The notes below the pieces were generated by a model. That model saw only the letters and a program-made list of their open reading frames with translations, was not told where the DNA came from and did not search any database. This document shows positions 28,802 through 42,373 of a stretch of 64,000 bases of DNA, piece by piece. Location: the NCBI GenBank assembly GCA_963785415.1, contig CAWAVB010000001.1, positions 1,443,922-1,507,921 on the forward strand, given 5' to 3'. Position 1 is the first letter of the stretch. Every line of letters begins with the position of its first letter. Both the position numbers and the translations under genes were made by a program. Source of the stretch: an uncultured Acidimicrobiaceae bacterium. GTDB lineage: Bacteria > Actinomycetota > Acidimicrobiia > Acidimicrobiales > Bog-793.

Positions 28802-29877
28802 GCCACGCCGCCTGGATCGAGGTCAGACAGTTCCGCAACCTCGACCAAGTCCGGTTCGAACCCGATCCCGACGGTCTGACCGTTGTCACCGGCGACAACG
28901 GCGCCGGCAAGACGAGCCTGCTCGAGGCGGTCGGCTATGCCTCGACCCTCTCCTCGTTCCGTGGTAGCCCGAGGGAGTCCCTCGTGCAGACCGGCGCGGC
29001 GGCGTCGGTGATCCGCCTCGAGTCGGTCGAGAACGACCGGCGTTCCCTCGTCGAGATCGAGATCGCCCCTCAACGCCGCGATCGCGTCCAACGCAATCGC
29101 CAGCGGGTGATGCGGGCCCAGGAGCTCCTCGAGACATTGCGGGTGTCGGTCTTCACCCCGGATGACCTCGCCCTCGTGAAGGGAGGGCCGCAGGAGCGAC
29201 GTGACTTCCTCGATGACGCCCTCGTCGCCGCTCGGCCGGTGCAGCTGACCGTGCGGCAGACGGTGGAGCGGATCCTGCGCCAGCGCTCGGCGCTGTTGCG
29301 CCAGGCCGGCGGCGTCGCCTCGCCCGATGTGGTCGCGACCCTCGACGTCTGGGACGAGAAGCTTGCCCAAGCGGGGGGAGCGCTGGTCGGTGCCCGCGAG
29401 ACGTTCCTCACCGAATTGCAGCCCCTCGCCGCTGAGGCCTTCCGCCGCCTCACCCGCAGCGACGAGGAGCTCTCCCTCGTCTACGAGCGGTCGTTCTCTG
29501 GCGAGCTCGGCGAGGCGCTGGTCCGGGCGCGGCGCGAGGACCTACGCCGGGCGACGACGACGGTCGGCCCGCAGCGGGACGAGGTCATGATCGCGGCCGC
29601 GGGCCTCGACGCGCGGACGCGACTTTCCCAGGGCCGCCAGCGGTGCGCGACGCTCGCGCTCCGGCTGGCCGCGCACGGCGCGGTGACGAAAGCCGCCGGG
29701 AGCGCGCCGGTGCTGTTGCTCGACGACGCCTTCTCCGAGCTCGACGAGGCGACCACCCGGTCGCTCCTCGCCGAGCTCCCCCCGGGCCAGGCGGTGCTGA
29801 CGACGGCGGGTCCGATCCCCGCGGGGGCCCGCCCGGCCGCGGTCGTGCGCCTCGCGGCGGGCGCGGTCGTCGGGTGA
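28798..29877 (+). CDS. recF: DNA replication/repair protein RecF (apparent CTG start overlapping the dnaN stop)
   Basis: The Walker A GDNGAGKTSLLEA and beta-1 strand WIEVRQFRNL lie upstream of the first ATG/GTG/TTG in frame (28984). Alignment to RecF N-termini puts Met1 at the CTG at 28798 (cCTGAg). Confidence 0.85.
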   Translation: MSHAAWIEVRQFRNLDQVRFEPDPDGLTVVTGDNGAGKTSLLEAVGYASTLSSFRGSPRESLVQTGAAASVIRLESVENDRRSLVEIEIAPQRRDRVQRNRQRVMRAQELLETLRVSVFTPDDLALVKGGPQERRDFLDDALVAARPVQLTVRQTVERILRQRSALLRQAGGVASPDVVATLDVWDEKLAQAGGALVGARETFLTELQPLAAEAFRRLTRSDEELSLVYERSFSGELGEALVRARREDLRRATTTVGPQRDEVMIAAAGLDARTRLSQGRQRCATLALRLAAHGAVTKAAGSAPVLLLDDAFSELDEATTRSLLAELPPGQAVLTTAGPIPAGARPAAVVRLAAGAVVG

Positions 29878-30278
29878 CCGGCGCCGGGGGTCCGCCGGGC
29901 GAGGGCCCGGGCCCGACGCCGCCCCGAAAGAGGCACCGGCCGAGTCCCGGGCGATCCGGCGCGGAGGAGCACGACTCGCCGGCGAGCTTGGGCCGGGCGC
30001 TCGACGAGTACCTGGCGAGCCAGGGTCTTTCCGGCATGCGGATCCTCGCCGACGTCGTCGGCTGCTGGGAGGAAGTCGTCGGAGCAGAGGTCGCCGCCCA
30101 CGCCCGCCCGCGGTCGGTTGCGGGCGGGGAACTCGTCGTCGTGGTCGACCATCCGGGCTGGGTGCCGCAACTCGCGTTCCTCTCCGCGACGATCTGCGAT
30201 CGGCTCGCTGACCAGCTCGGATACCGCCCCGTCGAACGGCTGAGAGGCCACGTCGACACCCGATTTCGCCTAGACTAA
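29874..30278 (+). CDS. DUF721 / DciA-like protein (Rv0004 position)
   Basis: GCWEEVVGAEVAAHARPRSVAGGELVVVVDHPGWVPQLAFL matches the DUF721 pattern. The GTG at 29874 overlaps the recF stop as GTGA. Confidence 0.75.
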   Translation: MTGAGGPPGEGPGPTPPRKRHRPSPGRSGAEEHDSPASLGRALDEYLASQGLSGMRILADVVGCWEEVVGAEVAAHARPRSVAGGELVVVVDHPGWVPQLAFLSATICDRLADQLGYRPVERLRGHVDTRFRLD

Positions 30279-30348
30279 ACACCAGTAATCGCTGGGTTCC
30301 GCCCCCGCTGGAAGGACGAGCCCGACCGACCGGAACCACCATTTCTGA

Positions 30349-32310
<1,962 letters not shown>

Positions 32311-32357
32311 TGGGGTTCGCCGGGCGGGGTAAGTGACGAGGGAAGGCAGGGCCACGA

Positions 32358-34838
<2,481 letters not shown>

Positions 34839-34875
34839 GGGACTCACGTGGTTGGAGTAGGGTCGCGAACTCGCC

Positions 34876-34949
34876 GGGGCTATAGCTCAGCCGGTTAGAG
34901 CGCAGCACTGATAATGCTGAGGTCGCTGGTTCGATTCCAGCTAGCCCCA
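34876..34949 (+). tRNA. tRNA-Ile (anticodon GAT)
   Basis: Hand-folded cloverleaf: acceptor GGGGCTA/TAGCCCC, D arm GCTC/GAGC, anticodon stem CAGCA/TGCTG with loop CTGATAA, T arm GCTGG/CCAGC with loop TTCGATT. CCA is not encoded. Confidence 0.95.
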
Positions 34950-34962
34950 CTAAGGTGCCTGA

Positions 34963-35126
34963 CCCGCTTTTCAGGAGACTAAATCTGAGGCGATCAAGAT
35001 TTGGATCGAGCACTGGAATGACGACCTGAGCCATTCATCTGGCACAAGGCTGGCAACGGCATCATCGAGAAAGTGTGCCGCGGGAGGCTAGAGCTCCATC
35101 AGATCAATCCCACGAGGGACGACTGA
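34963..35126 (+). pseudogene. C-terminal remnant of an IS630-like (DDE) transposase, frameshifted
   Basis: Reads ...EAIKIWIEHWNDD, then after a frameshift PFIWHKAGNGIIEKVCRGR. This matches the usual C-terminal pattern of IS630-type transposases (N...PFxWxK.a..Il.K). No upstream catalytic part is present. Confidence 0.5.
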
Positions 35127-35328
35127 GACGTCACCGCTACCGGCTGAAGGACCGAGACTTCCGGAGGGTGCCGACCGACGACCCTGCGTGAGTCTGGATT
35201 GCCGGAGGAGGCAGCTCCCAACCGAGGGCGTCAAGGTTCACCGAGTTTTGACAATTCGATCAAACCAGGAAAACTATGTGCGTGATATCCAGGACACCCG
35301 ATCTTGATCTACAGGCTCCGAGTCGGCG

Positions 35329-37485
35329 GTGCAGGGAGCCTGCTTTGCGGTGGCCGCGCACCTCATTTCAATGACAGCAAACCAGGACGCGAGGATCTCG
35401 TCAGAGCATGAGGCCTTGACAGAAACTTCAGCCAACGTCTCGCGCAGTCGTCACTCTGGCTCTGGTGGGCCGACCTGGCTTCTTAGTCTGCGACGGAGAC
35501 GGCCATCGGCCTTTCTAACTCCAAGTTCGCGCAAGGAGTGGCCAAGGCCCCTTCGGATCACTTGGTATGTGGGCGTCGGAGTCCTCGTTGTTGGATTCTT
35601 CGTACTCGCGTACTGGAGTGAGCTGCTCGCCAGCCGATCCGAGTTGACCTTCGACTACTCGTTCTACGGACAGATGTGGTACCTCATCGCGCATGGTCAT
35701 CTGAACCCGATGACGACGATTGCCGGCGGAAGCTTTCCAGCCTGGAAAAACGCGTCTGAACTGATTTTGTGGCCCCTGGCCGTCTTTTGGTATCTCTGGC
35801 CGCATCCCCAAACTCTCCTCTGGATTCAAGACATCGCGACCGCCGGCTGCGAACTCGTGCTCTTCACCTGGTGCTGCGAACTCGTTGATCGGCGCGCAGC
35901 AGCGACAGAAGCGCGTCGTTGGATCTACGCCTCTCCGCTGATAGCGCTTGTCCTACTGGTAGCTCTCCCGTGGATTCCATTTATCGACTCGTTTGACTTC
36001 CATCCGGAAGCAATCATCCTCTTTTTTGCACTTCTTGCAGCACGGGGATTATGGCTTGGTCGTCGGAGCGCGTGGCTCTGGATCGTCGTCACTCTGCTCG
36101 GCGGGAGCCTCGGGGCGACGTACGTCGCCGGCATCGGAATATCGAGCCTGTTCATCCGCGGCCGACGATTTGTCGGCATCGGGCTCGCCATGCTCGGGGC
36201 GTTGGCCATCTTCGTTCTTGCCGAAATAGGTGCGGATGGGGCAGGCATCGGAGCTTTCACCGGATACACCGTCATTGGCACCCACGAGCACATCATGCGT
36301 AACAATGTGTCTGCATTCGGAATTGTTAGCCACTTGGTTGCTCATCCGGAGATGGTAATACGGCAAGCACGCAACAACTGGGTCGACTTATACGCAGATA
36401 TCTTTAGCGGTGGAGGGATCGGCCTGATCACTCCGATTGGGTTCGGTATACCACTGCTCGCCACTCTTGAGAACCTGCTTGGCGGAAACCTCTTCATCGC
36501 GCCGACGACGCAGAACAACTTCCCGACGATCCTCTTAGTGGCATTCGGTTCGGCGCTCGTCTGTATCTATCTGCTCTCCGCGCTTAGAAAGAAGCACCAG
36601 CGAGCCGGGATGCTCTTGGTTGCTCTTCTCGTCGCTAATGGCATCGGCTGGTCGGCAACTTGGTTGCCGAGACTGAAGAGTCAGTGGTTGCGTGGTGCGG
36701 CAGTAACTGCCACCGTGCTGACGCAGGTCAAGAACCAGATCTCTGCGTCCGACGAAGTGATCGTCTCCGAAGGTGTAGTCGGCAGTTTCTCGTTTCGGCA
36801 ATGGGTGTACCCCGTTGTTTCGCCAGGCACCTGGCCCGTGCACAGCCGCGTAGTTTGGTTCGTCTTCACCCCTATGTACGGTATCGAGTTCGAAGCGCCT
36901 AGCGAGGCGCTCGGCGAAGTCGCCTATCTCGATAACGTCTTGCACGCGCGGCTTGTCCTGGCGAGGGGAGGTGTTTACGCTTTTCGTTGGACGCCGCCCG
37001 CTGGAACACGATCCGTCACGCTTCCGGCGGCCGTGAACATCCCCGGTTCGGAACTGAGCGGCACGGCAGCTGGCGTCGTGTCGAAGGACGCGATCTCTAA
37101 TGGGCACGCGTCAGCAAATGGCGCCGAAGGCTACGTCGTGTCCAACGACTATTGGCGTGTGGGATCTGGATCGTTCGTCGCCTCTGCGCGAGTGCGGTCT
37201 TCTGGGCCGATCAACGTGGAACTCTGGAACGACACAGCAAACACGCTCATCGAGCGTCGAACCGTCTCGACTCACGAACGATGGGCGACAGTGAATCTGC
37301 CATTCATAGTGGCTCAACCGACTCCCACAGCGATCTATAGTGGTTTTTGGCCGTTCCGCATCGTTCCGGTCGGCGCACCGCTGGGAGAAGTGATCGAGGT
37401 GCGTGTGTGGAGTCCGGGGCGCGAACACGTGGTCGTCTCTAACATCTCGCTTGCTAGCTCCCACTCGACCGCCCTCAGACACTGA
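35329..37485 (+). CDS. polytopic membrane protein, GT-C-like (DUF2079-like) putative glycosyltransferase with a C-terminal extracytoplasmic domain
   Basis: About 12 TM segments. The first-loop motif FDYSFYGQMWYLIAHGHLNP resembles the acidic-aromatic loop of GT-C enzymes. The C-terminal domain of about 240 aa is beta-rich. An alternative ATG lies at 35371. Confidence 0.55.
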   Translation: MQGACFAVAAHLISMTANQDARISSEHEALTETSANVSRSRHSGSGGPTWLLSLRRRRPSAFLTPSSRKEWPRPLRITWYVGVGVLVVGFFVLAYWSELLASRSELTFDYSFYGQMWYLIAHGHLNPMTTIAGGSFPAWKNASELILWPLAVFWYLWPHPQTLLWIQDIATAGCELVLFTWCCELVDRRAAATEARRWIYASPLIALVLLVALPWIPFIDSFDFHPEAIILFFALLAARGLWLGRRSAWLWIVVTLLGGSLGATYVAGIGISSLFIRGRRFVGIGLAMLGALAIFVLAEIGADGAGIGAFTGYTVIGTHEHIMRNNVSAFGIVSHLVAHPEMVIRQARNNWVDLYADIFSGGGIGLITPIGFGIPLLATLENLLGGNLFIAPTTQNNFPTILLVAFGSALVCIYLLSALRKKHQRAGMLLVALLVANGIGWSATWLPRLKSQWLRGAAVTATVLTQVKNQISASDEVIVSEGVVGSFSFRQWVYPVVSPGTWPVHSRVVWFVFTPMYGIEFEAPSEALGEVAYLDNVLHARLVLARGGVYAFRWTPPAGTRSVTLPAAVNIPGSELSGTAAGVVSKDAISNGHASANGAEGYVVSNDYWRVGSGSFVASARVRSSGPINVELWNDTANTLIERRTVSTHERWATVNLPFIVAQPTPTAIYSGFWPFRIVPVGAPLGEVIEVRVWSPGREHVVVSNISLASSHSTALRH

Positions 37486-37847
37486 GCCAAAGCGCGCACG
37501 AGCTATCGAAGCGCATCGCGTTGCCCGAGTTCCGCAACTGGTGGTCAAACGGAGGTCTGGTTGTTAGGCGCTGAGCAGGGAAAACGAGCGCGGCAGCCCG
37601 ACCGGCGCGTGTGTCTACTCGTTCACGAGCCTGCCGTGAGAGCGTTTTACCTGCTGAGACCCCACTTCAGCGGGTGGGAGGCCGCTTCAGCCCTTTCGGG
37701 CGGTCGCGCACCTCGCTCAACTGCGCGTACTTTTCGGCTGAGCGCTGGTCTAGCGGACCCTGGGTAGTTGGACACCGATTAGAGGAGGGCCAAGATGGCG
37801 CTCATAGCTCAACTGAATCGATCTTCGGGCCGAGTTGGTGACAAAAC

Positions 37848-39224
37848 GGGCTCTACGCAACCAACCGGGGTGAGCGCCCCCGCATTGTCGTGGAGGGATG
37901 AGCGTCCCATTTGATCCCACCGCAGTGCAAGAGGACACGCAACCGGTAGTTGCCGAAGTTCTTGAAGCCGTGCCCGCAGCGCTTGATCTTCTTCACCAAG
38001 AGGTTCATCGCCTCGGTCGGCCCGTTCGAGGCACCCGTCGCGTGGTGGGCAAGGATCTGGGTGCGCCAGCGCCGCAGTGTGTGACCGAGTGAGACGATCT
38101 CGGCCACCTCGTCGTCGAGACAGCCGACGATCACCCGGTCGAGGAGCACGGCCGCCTCGTCGGCGTCCTCGGTGAGATAGACGTCACGCAGGTACTCCTT
38201 GGCGAGCCACGCCCCGAGAACCTCGTCGTTCGGATCGCCGAGGCGCAGCCCGAGCGCCATCCGGTCGACCCCGCGCGGGTTCAGCCGCTCCGCCCCGGTG
38301 AGGAGTACCCGGCGGATCCGATAGAGGGGATCGTGCTTGCGCCCGCGATGGCCGAGGAGCTCGTTCTGCACCCTGCGGCGCACGGCGTCGACGCAGCGGT
38401 TGCCCGCCGCGACGACGTGGAAGGGATCGGCCACCTGGCGGGCGTGGTCGAGAGAGGGATGGAGCCCGGCCCGATAGCCCTCGTGCAGGTCACACGCCAC
38501 GGTGCGCACCGCCGCGAGGAAGGCATCGTCCTGTCGCGCCAGCCAGCGGTTGACGTCGATCGCCCGGTTCCCCTCGACCATGTCAACGAGAATCGGTCGC
38601 TCGAGGTCGACGAAGCCGGTGACGTAGCTCGTCGCATGCTCGGCGTTGGCGCGCAGGAAGGCCGTCTCGTCGATCCCGAGCGAGGTGACCACCCCCACGC
38701 GGTCGGGATCCTCGACGAGGGGCGTGCCGTGGTGGCGGACCGCCGCCATCACCGTTCCCCAGGCGACACCGAGCCAGCGGGCGAGCGACGCCACCGAGCG
38801 GGCCTCCTCGCCGACGGCGCGGGTGCACTCCCGTCCGGCCCGGGCGCTGAGCACCTGGCGGCTAGGGAACTCGTCACTGCGTTCGCACCAGGTCTTCTCT
38901 GGGCAGTCCGGCTCGGGACAGGAGAAACGGCGCTTGGACCAGACGAGCTTCACCCGCCGGTCGAAGACCGGCAGGTCACGGATCACCACCCGCTGCCGGT
39001 CCTTCGTCCGCGCGATCACCCCGCACGTGGGGCAGCCCGCGGCGGCGCGAACCGTCTCGATGCCGATGAGCAGCTCGTCGCCGTCCTCGGTGACCGCGGT
39101 GACGCGAAAGCCAGGCAGTCCCAGAAACGCGTCGTCGAACTCGTTACCGTCACACATGGCAGGGGGTCTCCCTTTCTCGGACCGGACTTCCGCGCCTCAA
39201 CCCCTGAAATGACGGCTTTCGGCC
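37848..39224 (-). mobile_element. ISL3-family insertion sequence (approximate ends)
   Basis: It encloses the transposase CDS. The candidate imperfect terminal repeats are GGCTCTACGCAACCAACCGGGGTGAGCG (left) and the reverse complement GGCCGAAAGCCGTCATTTCAGGGGTTGAGG (right). No clear 8-bp target duplication was seen. Confidence 0.5.
37853..39157 (-). CDS. ISL3 family transposase
   Basis: N-terminal zinc finger CPTCG...CPEPDC and the DDE_Tnp_ISL3 pattern GIDETAF...DPFHVV...SNGPTEAMNLLVKKIKRCGHGFKNFGNYRLRVLL. Confidence 0.9.
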   Translation of the reverse strand: MCDGNEFDDAFLGLPGFRVTAVTEDGDELLIGIETVRAAAGCPTCGVIARTKDRQRVVIRDLPVFDRRVKLVWSKRRFSCPEPDCPEKTWCERSDEFPSRQVLSARAGRECTRAVGEEARSVASLARWLGVAWGTVMAAVRHHGTPLVEDPDRVGVVTSLGIDETAFLRANAEHATSYVTGFVDLERPILVDMVEGNRAIDVNRWLARQDDAFLAAVRTVACDLHEGYRAGLHPSLDHARQVADPFHVVAAGNRCVDAVRRRVQNELLGHRGRKHDPLYRIRRVLLTGAERLNPRGVDRMALGLRLGDPNDEVLGAWLAKEYLRDVYLTEDADEAAVLLDRVIVGCLDDEVAEIVSLGHTLRRWRTQILAHHATGASNGPTEAMNLLVKKIKRCGHGFKNFGNYRLRVLLHCGGIKWDAHPSTTMRGRSPRLVA

Positions 39225-39336
39225 TGCCCGCCATGCGCTGAGTAGGGAAAACAAGGCGTAATGCCGGAGTTCGCTCGCCGAATGTGGGGGCGACACATCC
39301 TCGACATCGAACATCTACATGGCATAAGATGGGCGT

Positions 39337-41046
39337 GTGCACGTGAAGCGCACGACTCGCAGGAGGGGCGAAAAGGAGTACACCTACCTCTCGCTCGTCG
39401 AGTCGGTGCGCATCAACGGCAAGAAGACCCACCAGACGCTGTTGCGCTTGGGTGAGATCGGCGAGCTGGAAAGAAGCGGTCAGCTCGATCGCATCGTCGC
39501 CGCGCTGTCGGGCTACACGACGAAGCACTTCGTCGCGGCCGAGGGGCTCGAGGGTGAAGGTGCGCCCTCGTTTGGCGCCACGGCCGCGATCTCGGCTTAC
39601 TTCGATCGCCTCGGTCTGCGTGAACACTTCCGCGCGATCGGCGACCGGCGGCACTCGAAGAACCTCGCCGACACGATCTTCGTCATGGTGGCGAACCGTC
39701 TGTGCGATCCGTCCTCCAAGCGCCGGACGATCCACGAATGGCTCGCGACCGTGGCGCTGCCCGAAGGCGTCGTGTCACCGCTGCTCGACCAGTGCTATCG
39801 GGGCATCGACGCGATCGCAGACGAGAAGGAGGCGACCGAAGAGTTGCTGTACGCGCGCCTCACCGATCTCACGAACCTCGACCTTCGCCTCGCCCTCTAT
39901 GACCTCACCTCCACGTACTTCGAGACAAGCCGAGGTCCCGTCGATGAGTTCTCCTCCCGTGCCTATGGCTACAGCCGCGATCACCGCCCCGACCGTCCCC
40001 AGGTCGTGATCGGCCTCCTCGTGACCGGCAACGGGATCCCGATCGCCCACTACGTCTTTCCCGGCAACACCCGGGACTCGACGACGCTGCCACAGGTGAT
40101 GGCCGACTACCAGTCCCGCTTCGGCGTCGGGAAGATCGCCCTCGTCGCCGACCGGGGCCTCATCAGCGAGAAGAACCTGCAAGACGTGGCGGCAGCCGGC
40201 TTCGACCATGTGCTCGCCACACGGCTCCACCACGACGGCGACGTCGCCGCCGTGCTCGAGCGCGCCGCAGCCGCCGGCGACGACGCGTGGCGCGCGGTGC
40301 CGGGCTTTCCGGGAACGAAGGCCTTCGAGGTGAACCTTGGCGGACGGCGATTCGTCGTGGTGTCATCAGCCGAGCGGAAGGCACGCGACGACCGGCGACG
40401 CGAAGAGCTCCTCGCCAGGGTGGAGTCCAAGCTCATCACGCTCGCCGATCGCGTGCGGGCGGGAAAGCTCGTCGATCCGGCGAAGATCGGGGCGGCCGCC
40501 GACCGCATCCTGCGGGACTCGGGCGTCGGGCGGTGCTTCGCCGTGACGATCCGACACGGCGTCTTCTCCTGGCGCTTCGACGAGGAGGCGCTCGCCTATG
40601 ACGAGAAGCTCCTCGCCGGTCGCTACGTGCTCACGACGTCGCTGCAGGCCAGGGAGGCGTCGGTGACCGACATCGTGCGGCACTACAAGATGCTGCAGAA
40701 CGTCGAGCGCAGATTCCGCGTGATGAAGGACTTCCTCGGTCTTCGCCCCGTGCACCATCACAAAGAGGAACGCGTCCGCGGCCACATCGCGCTCTGCGTC
40801 ATCGCCGCGGTGATCGAAGCGGTGATGGGCAACGACCTGCAGCACGCCGGCGTGAAGGACCCCGACATCGCCGACCAGACGATCTCGCCGCGCCGGGCCT
40901 TGGCCGAGCTCGGGACCATCCGGCTGCACAAATTGAACGCCGGACGTCACATCGAGCTCGTCGACCGACCGACAACGCTGCAACGTCAGATCCTCGACGC
41001 CTGGCGCATCGAGGCCGACGCGTGGAGCCGGGCCAGAATCTCCTGA
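39337..41046 (+). CDS. IS1634-family (IS4-like) transposase
   Basis: MHVKRTTRRRGEKEYTYLSLVESVRINGKKTHQTLLRLG N-terminus, then DLTSTYFE...YGYSRDHRPDRPQVVIGLLV...VADRGLIS...YKMLQNVERRFRVMK, typical of IS1634/IS1549-type DDE transposases. Confidence 0.9.
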   Translation: MHVKRTTRRRGEKEYTYLSLVESVRINGKKTHQTLLRLGEIGELERSGQLDRIVAALSGYTTKHFVAAEGLEGEGAPSFGATAAISAYFDRLGLREHFRAIGDRRHSKNLADTIFVMVANRLCDPSSKRRTIHEWLATVALPEGVVSPLLDQCYRGIDAIADEKEATEELLYARLTDLTNLDLRLALYDLTSTYFETSRGPVDEFSSRAYGYSRDHRPDRPQVVIGLLVTGNGIPIAHYVFPGNTRDSTTLPQVMADYQSRFGVGKIALVADRGLISEKNLQDVAAAGFDHVLATRLHHDGDVAAVLERAAAAGDDAWRAVPGFPGTKAFEVNLGGRRFVVVSSAERKARDDRRREELLARVESKLITLADRVRAGKLVDPAKIGAAADRILRDSGVGRCFAVTIRHGVFSWRFDEEALAYDEKLLAGRYVLTTSLQAREASVTDIVRHYKMLQNVERRFRVMKDFLGLRPVHHHKEERVRGHIALCVIAAVIEAVMGNDLQHAGVKDPDIADQTISPRRALAELGTIRLHKLNAGRHIELVDRPTTLQRQILDAWRIEADAWSRARIS

Positions 41047-41243
41047 GCTGGGCAAACGCGCACGGTGTGGGGGAAACAACTTTCGATCGCGCCCGCACTA
41101 CCAGGACGTTCGCGAACCACCCGCTGAAGTCCGGTCGGAGTTGTCGAGCAACCACGAGAATGGCGAGGCCTTCTGCCGCGTTGGTGGATACCTATCGGAG
41201 CGCGGTCAGGTGATCACGCACCCCGGTTCATTGAGAAGAGCCA

Positions 41244-41268
41244 CAAAACGGGCGAAGCGCGCCCCGTT
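41244..41268 (-). terminator. putative intrinsic terminator of the minus-strand glycosyltransferase/SDR operon
   Basis: The minus strand reads AACGGGGCGCGCTTCGCCCGTTTTGTGG: a GC-rich stem followed by a U-run, 116 nt downstream of the SDR stop at 41384. Confidence 0.4.
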
Positions 41269-41383
41269 GACCTGCACCTTCATGGGGCACCGGCTGAAGT
41301 CCGGTCCGATCTACTGCTCGCCGTGCAACACGGGGAGTACGACTGATACCGACGGCGGGTTGTCGCTCACAATCGCAATCCGT

Positions 41384-42373
41384 TCAGCTCAACGTGGTGA
41401 GAAGATCCCTGGTGTCACCCTTCGCGATCAATGCAGACAAATCGATGACGACAGAACGAATACCTTCGCTCAACGTCGTCACGGGCAACTGATCGATGTC
41501 CCGCCACACATTTGAGGTCACACGCAAATCGACTGGGTGGTGGACCCGACCGGGTGGGTCGCCGCTGATGATGCTGATCGGACGTTTGAGAATCTTCTTG
41601 ACGTTGGCAAGGATCGTAGAGATGGTCACTGGCCGTTGACTGGTCATGTTCTTGATCACGAGCTGATCAACGCCATCTCTGCGAGGTGCCGTTGGCATAC
41701 GGCGGAGACAACTTGCGATGACCCGTGCAGCGTCGACCGAATACAAATAGTCGCGCTGTATGTCGAGGGGCACGTAAAGGATAAGAGGTTGCCGCAACAA
41801 GGCGCGCAGGCATATCTGGGATATTAGTCCCTGGCGCTTTCGGATGTTTTGGCCCGGTCCGTAAAGGGTGGTTACACGGCCGATGAGCACGGACGTTCGA
41901 CTTGCCGCACCAAAGGACCGGACAAGTTCTTCCTGCAGTAGTTTCATCACTCCATATTCCGAGGTTGGCCTCGCCGGGGAATCCTCCGAAAACGGCGGGT
42001 GCTTGGCACCGGCGTAGATGCCGCCTGCTGATGAAGCGAAAAAGAATGTCCCTTTCGATGCGCGCTTGTCTCGGAAGCGGCGAGAGATTTGTGACAGAAG
42101 GTGCTCGAGGAGCACCGACTCATCGCCGAGCGAGTCGCTCGACGTACCAATCACACCCGCGCCCGCACACCAGGCGACTTGCCACGCAGCGTCGCCAACA
42201 GCTTGTGAGAAATCAGCGGACGCTGCTTCAATCTGTGATTTAGCCGACGCGACGTTCGTCCAGTCGAATGCTTGACGTGGATACCACGTGTGGCCGCACC
42301 GTGACAGCTCTGTTTCGACCGACCGGCCGAGCAACCCTCCACGTCCGACTACCCACGAGACCGCATCAGACAT
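41384..42373 (-). CDS. NAD-dependent epimerase/dehydratase family protein (extended SDR)
   Basis: VVGRGGLLGRSV (GxxGxxG) and YGVMKL (YxxxK). The ATG at 42373 overlaps the upstream GT2 stop by 8 nt (ATGTCTGA). Confidence 0.75.
   Translation of the reverse strand: MSDAVSWVVGRGGLLGRSVETELSRCGHTWYPRQAFDWTNVASAKSQIEAASADFSQAVGDAAWQVAWCAGAGVIGTSSDSLGDESVLLEHLLSQISRRFRDKRASKGTFFFASSAGGIYAGAKHPPFSEDSPARPTSEYGVMKLLQEELVRSFGAASRTSVLIGRVTTLYGPGQNIRKRQGLISQICLRALLRQPLILYVPLDIQRDYLYSVDAARVIASCLRRMPTAPRRDGVDQLVIKNMTSQRPVTISTILANVKKILKRPISIISGDPPGRVHHPVDLRVTSNVWRDIDQLPVTTLSEGIRSVVIDLSALIAKGDTRDLLTTLS

Noticed and set aside
37838-41262. 11-nt match ACAAAACGGGC at 37841 and 41244 as evidence of a repeated element
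   Set aside because: Hundreds of identical 11-mers are expected by chance in 64 kb. The copy at 41244 is better explained as part of a terminator hairpin.
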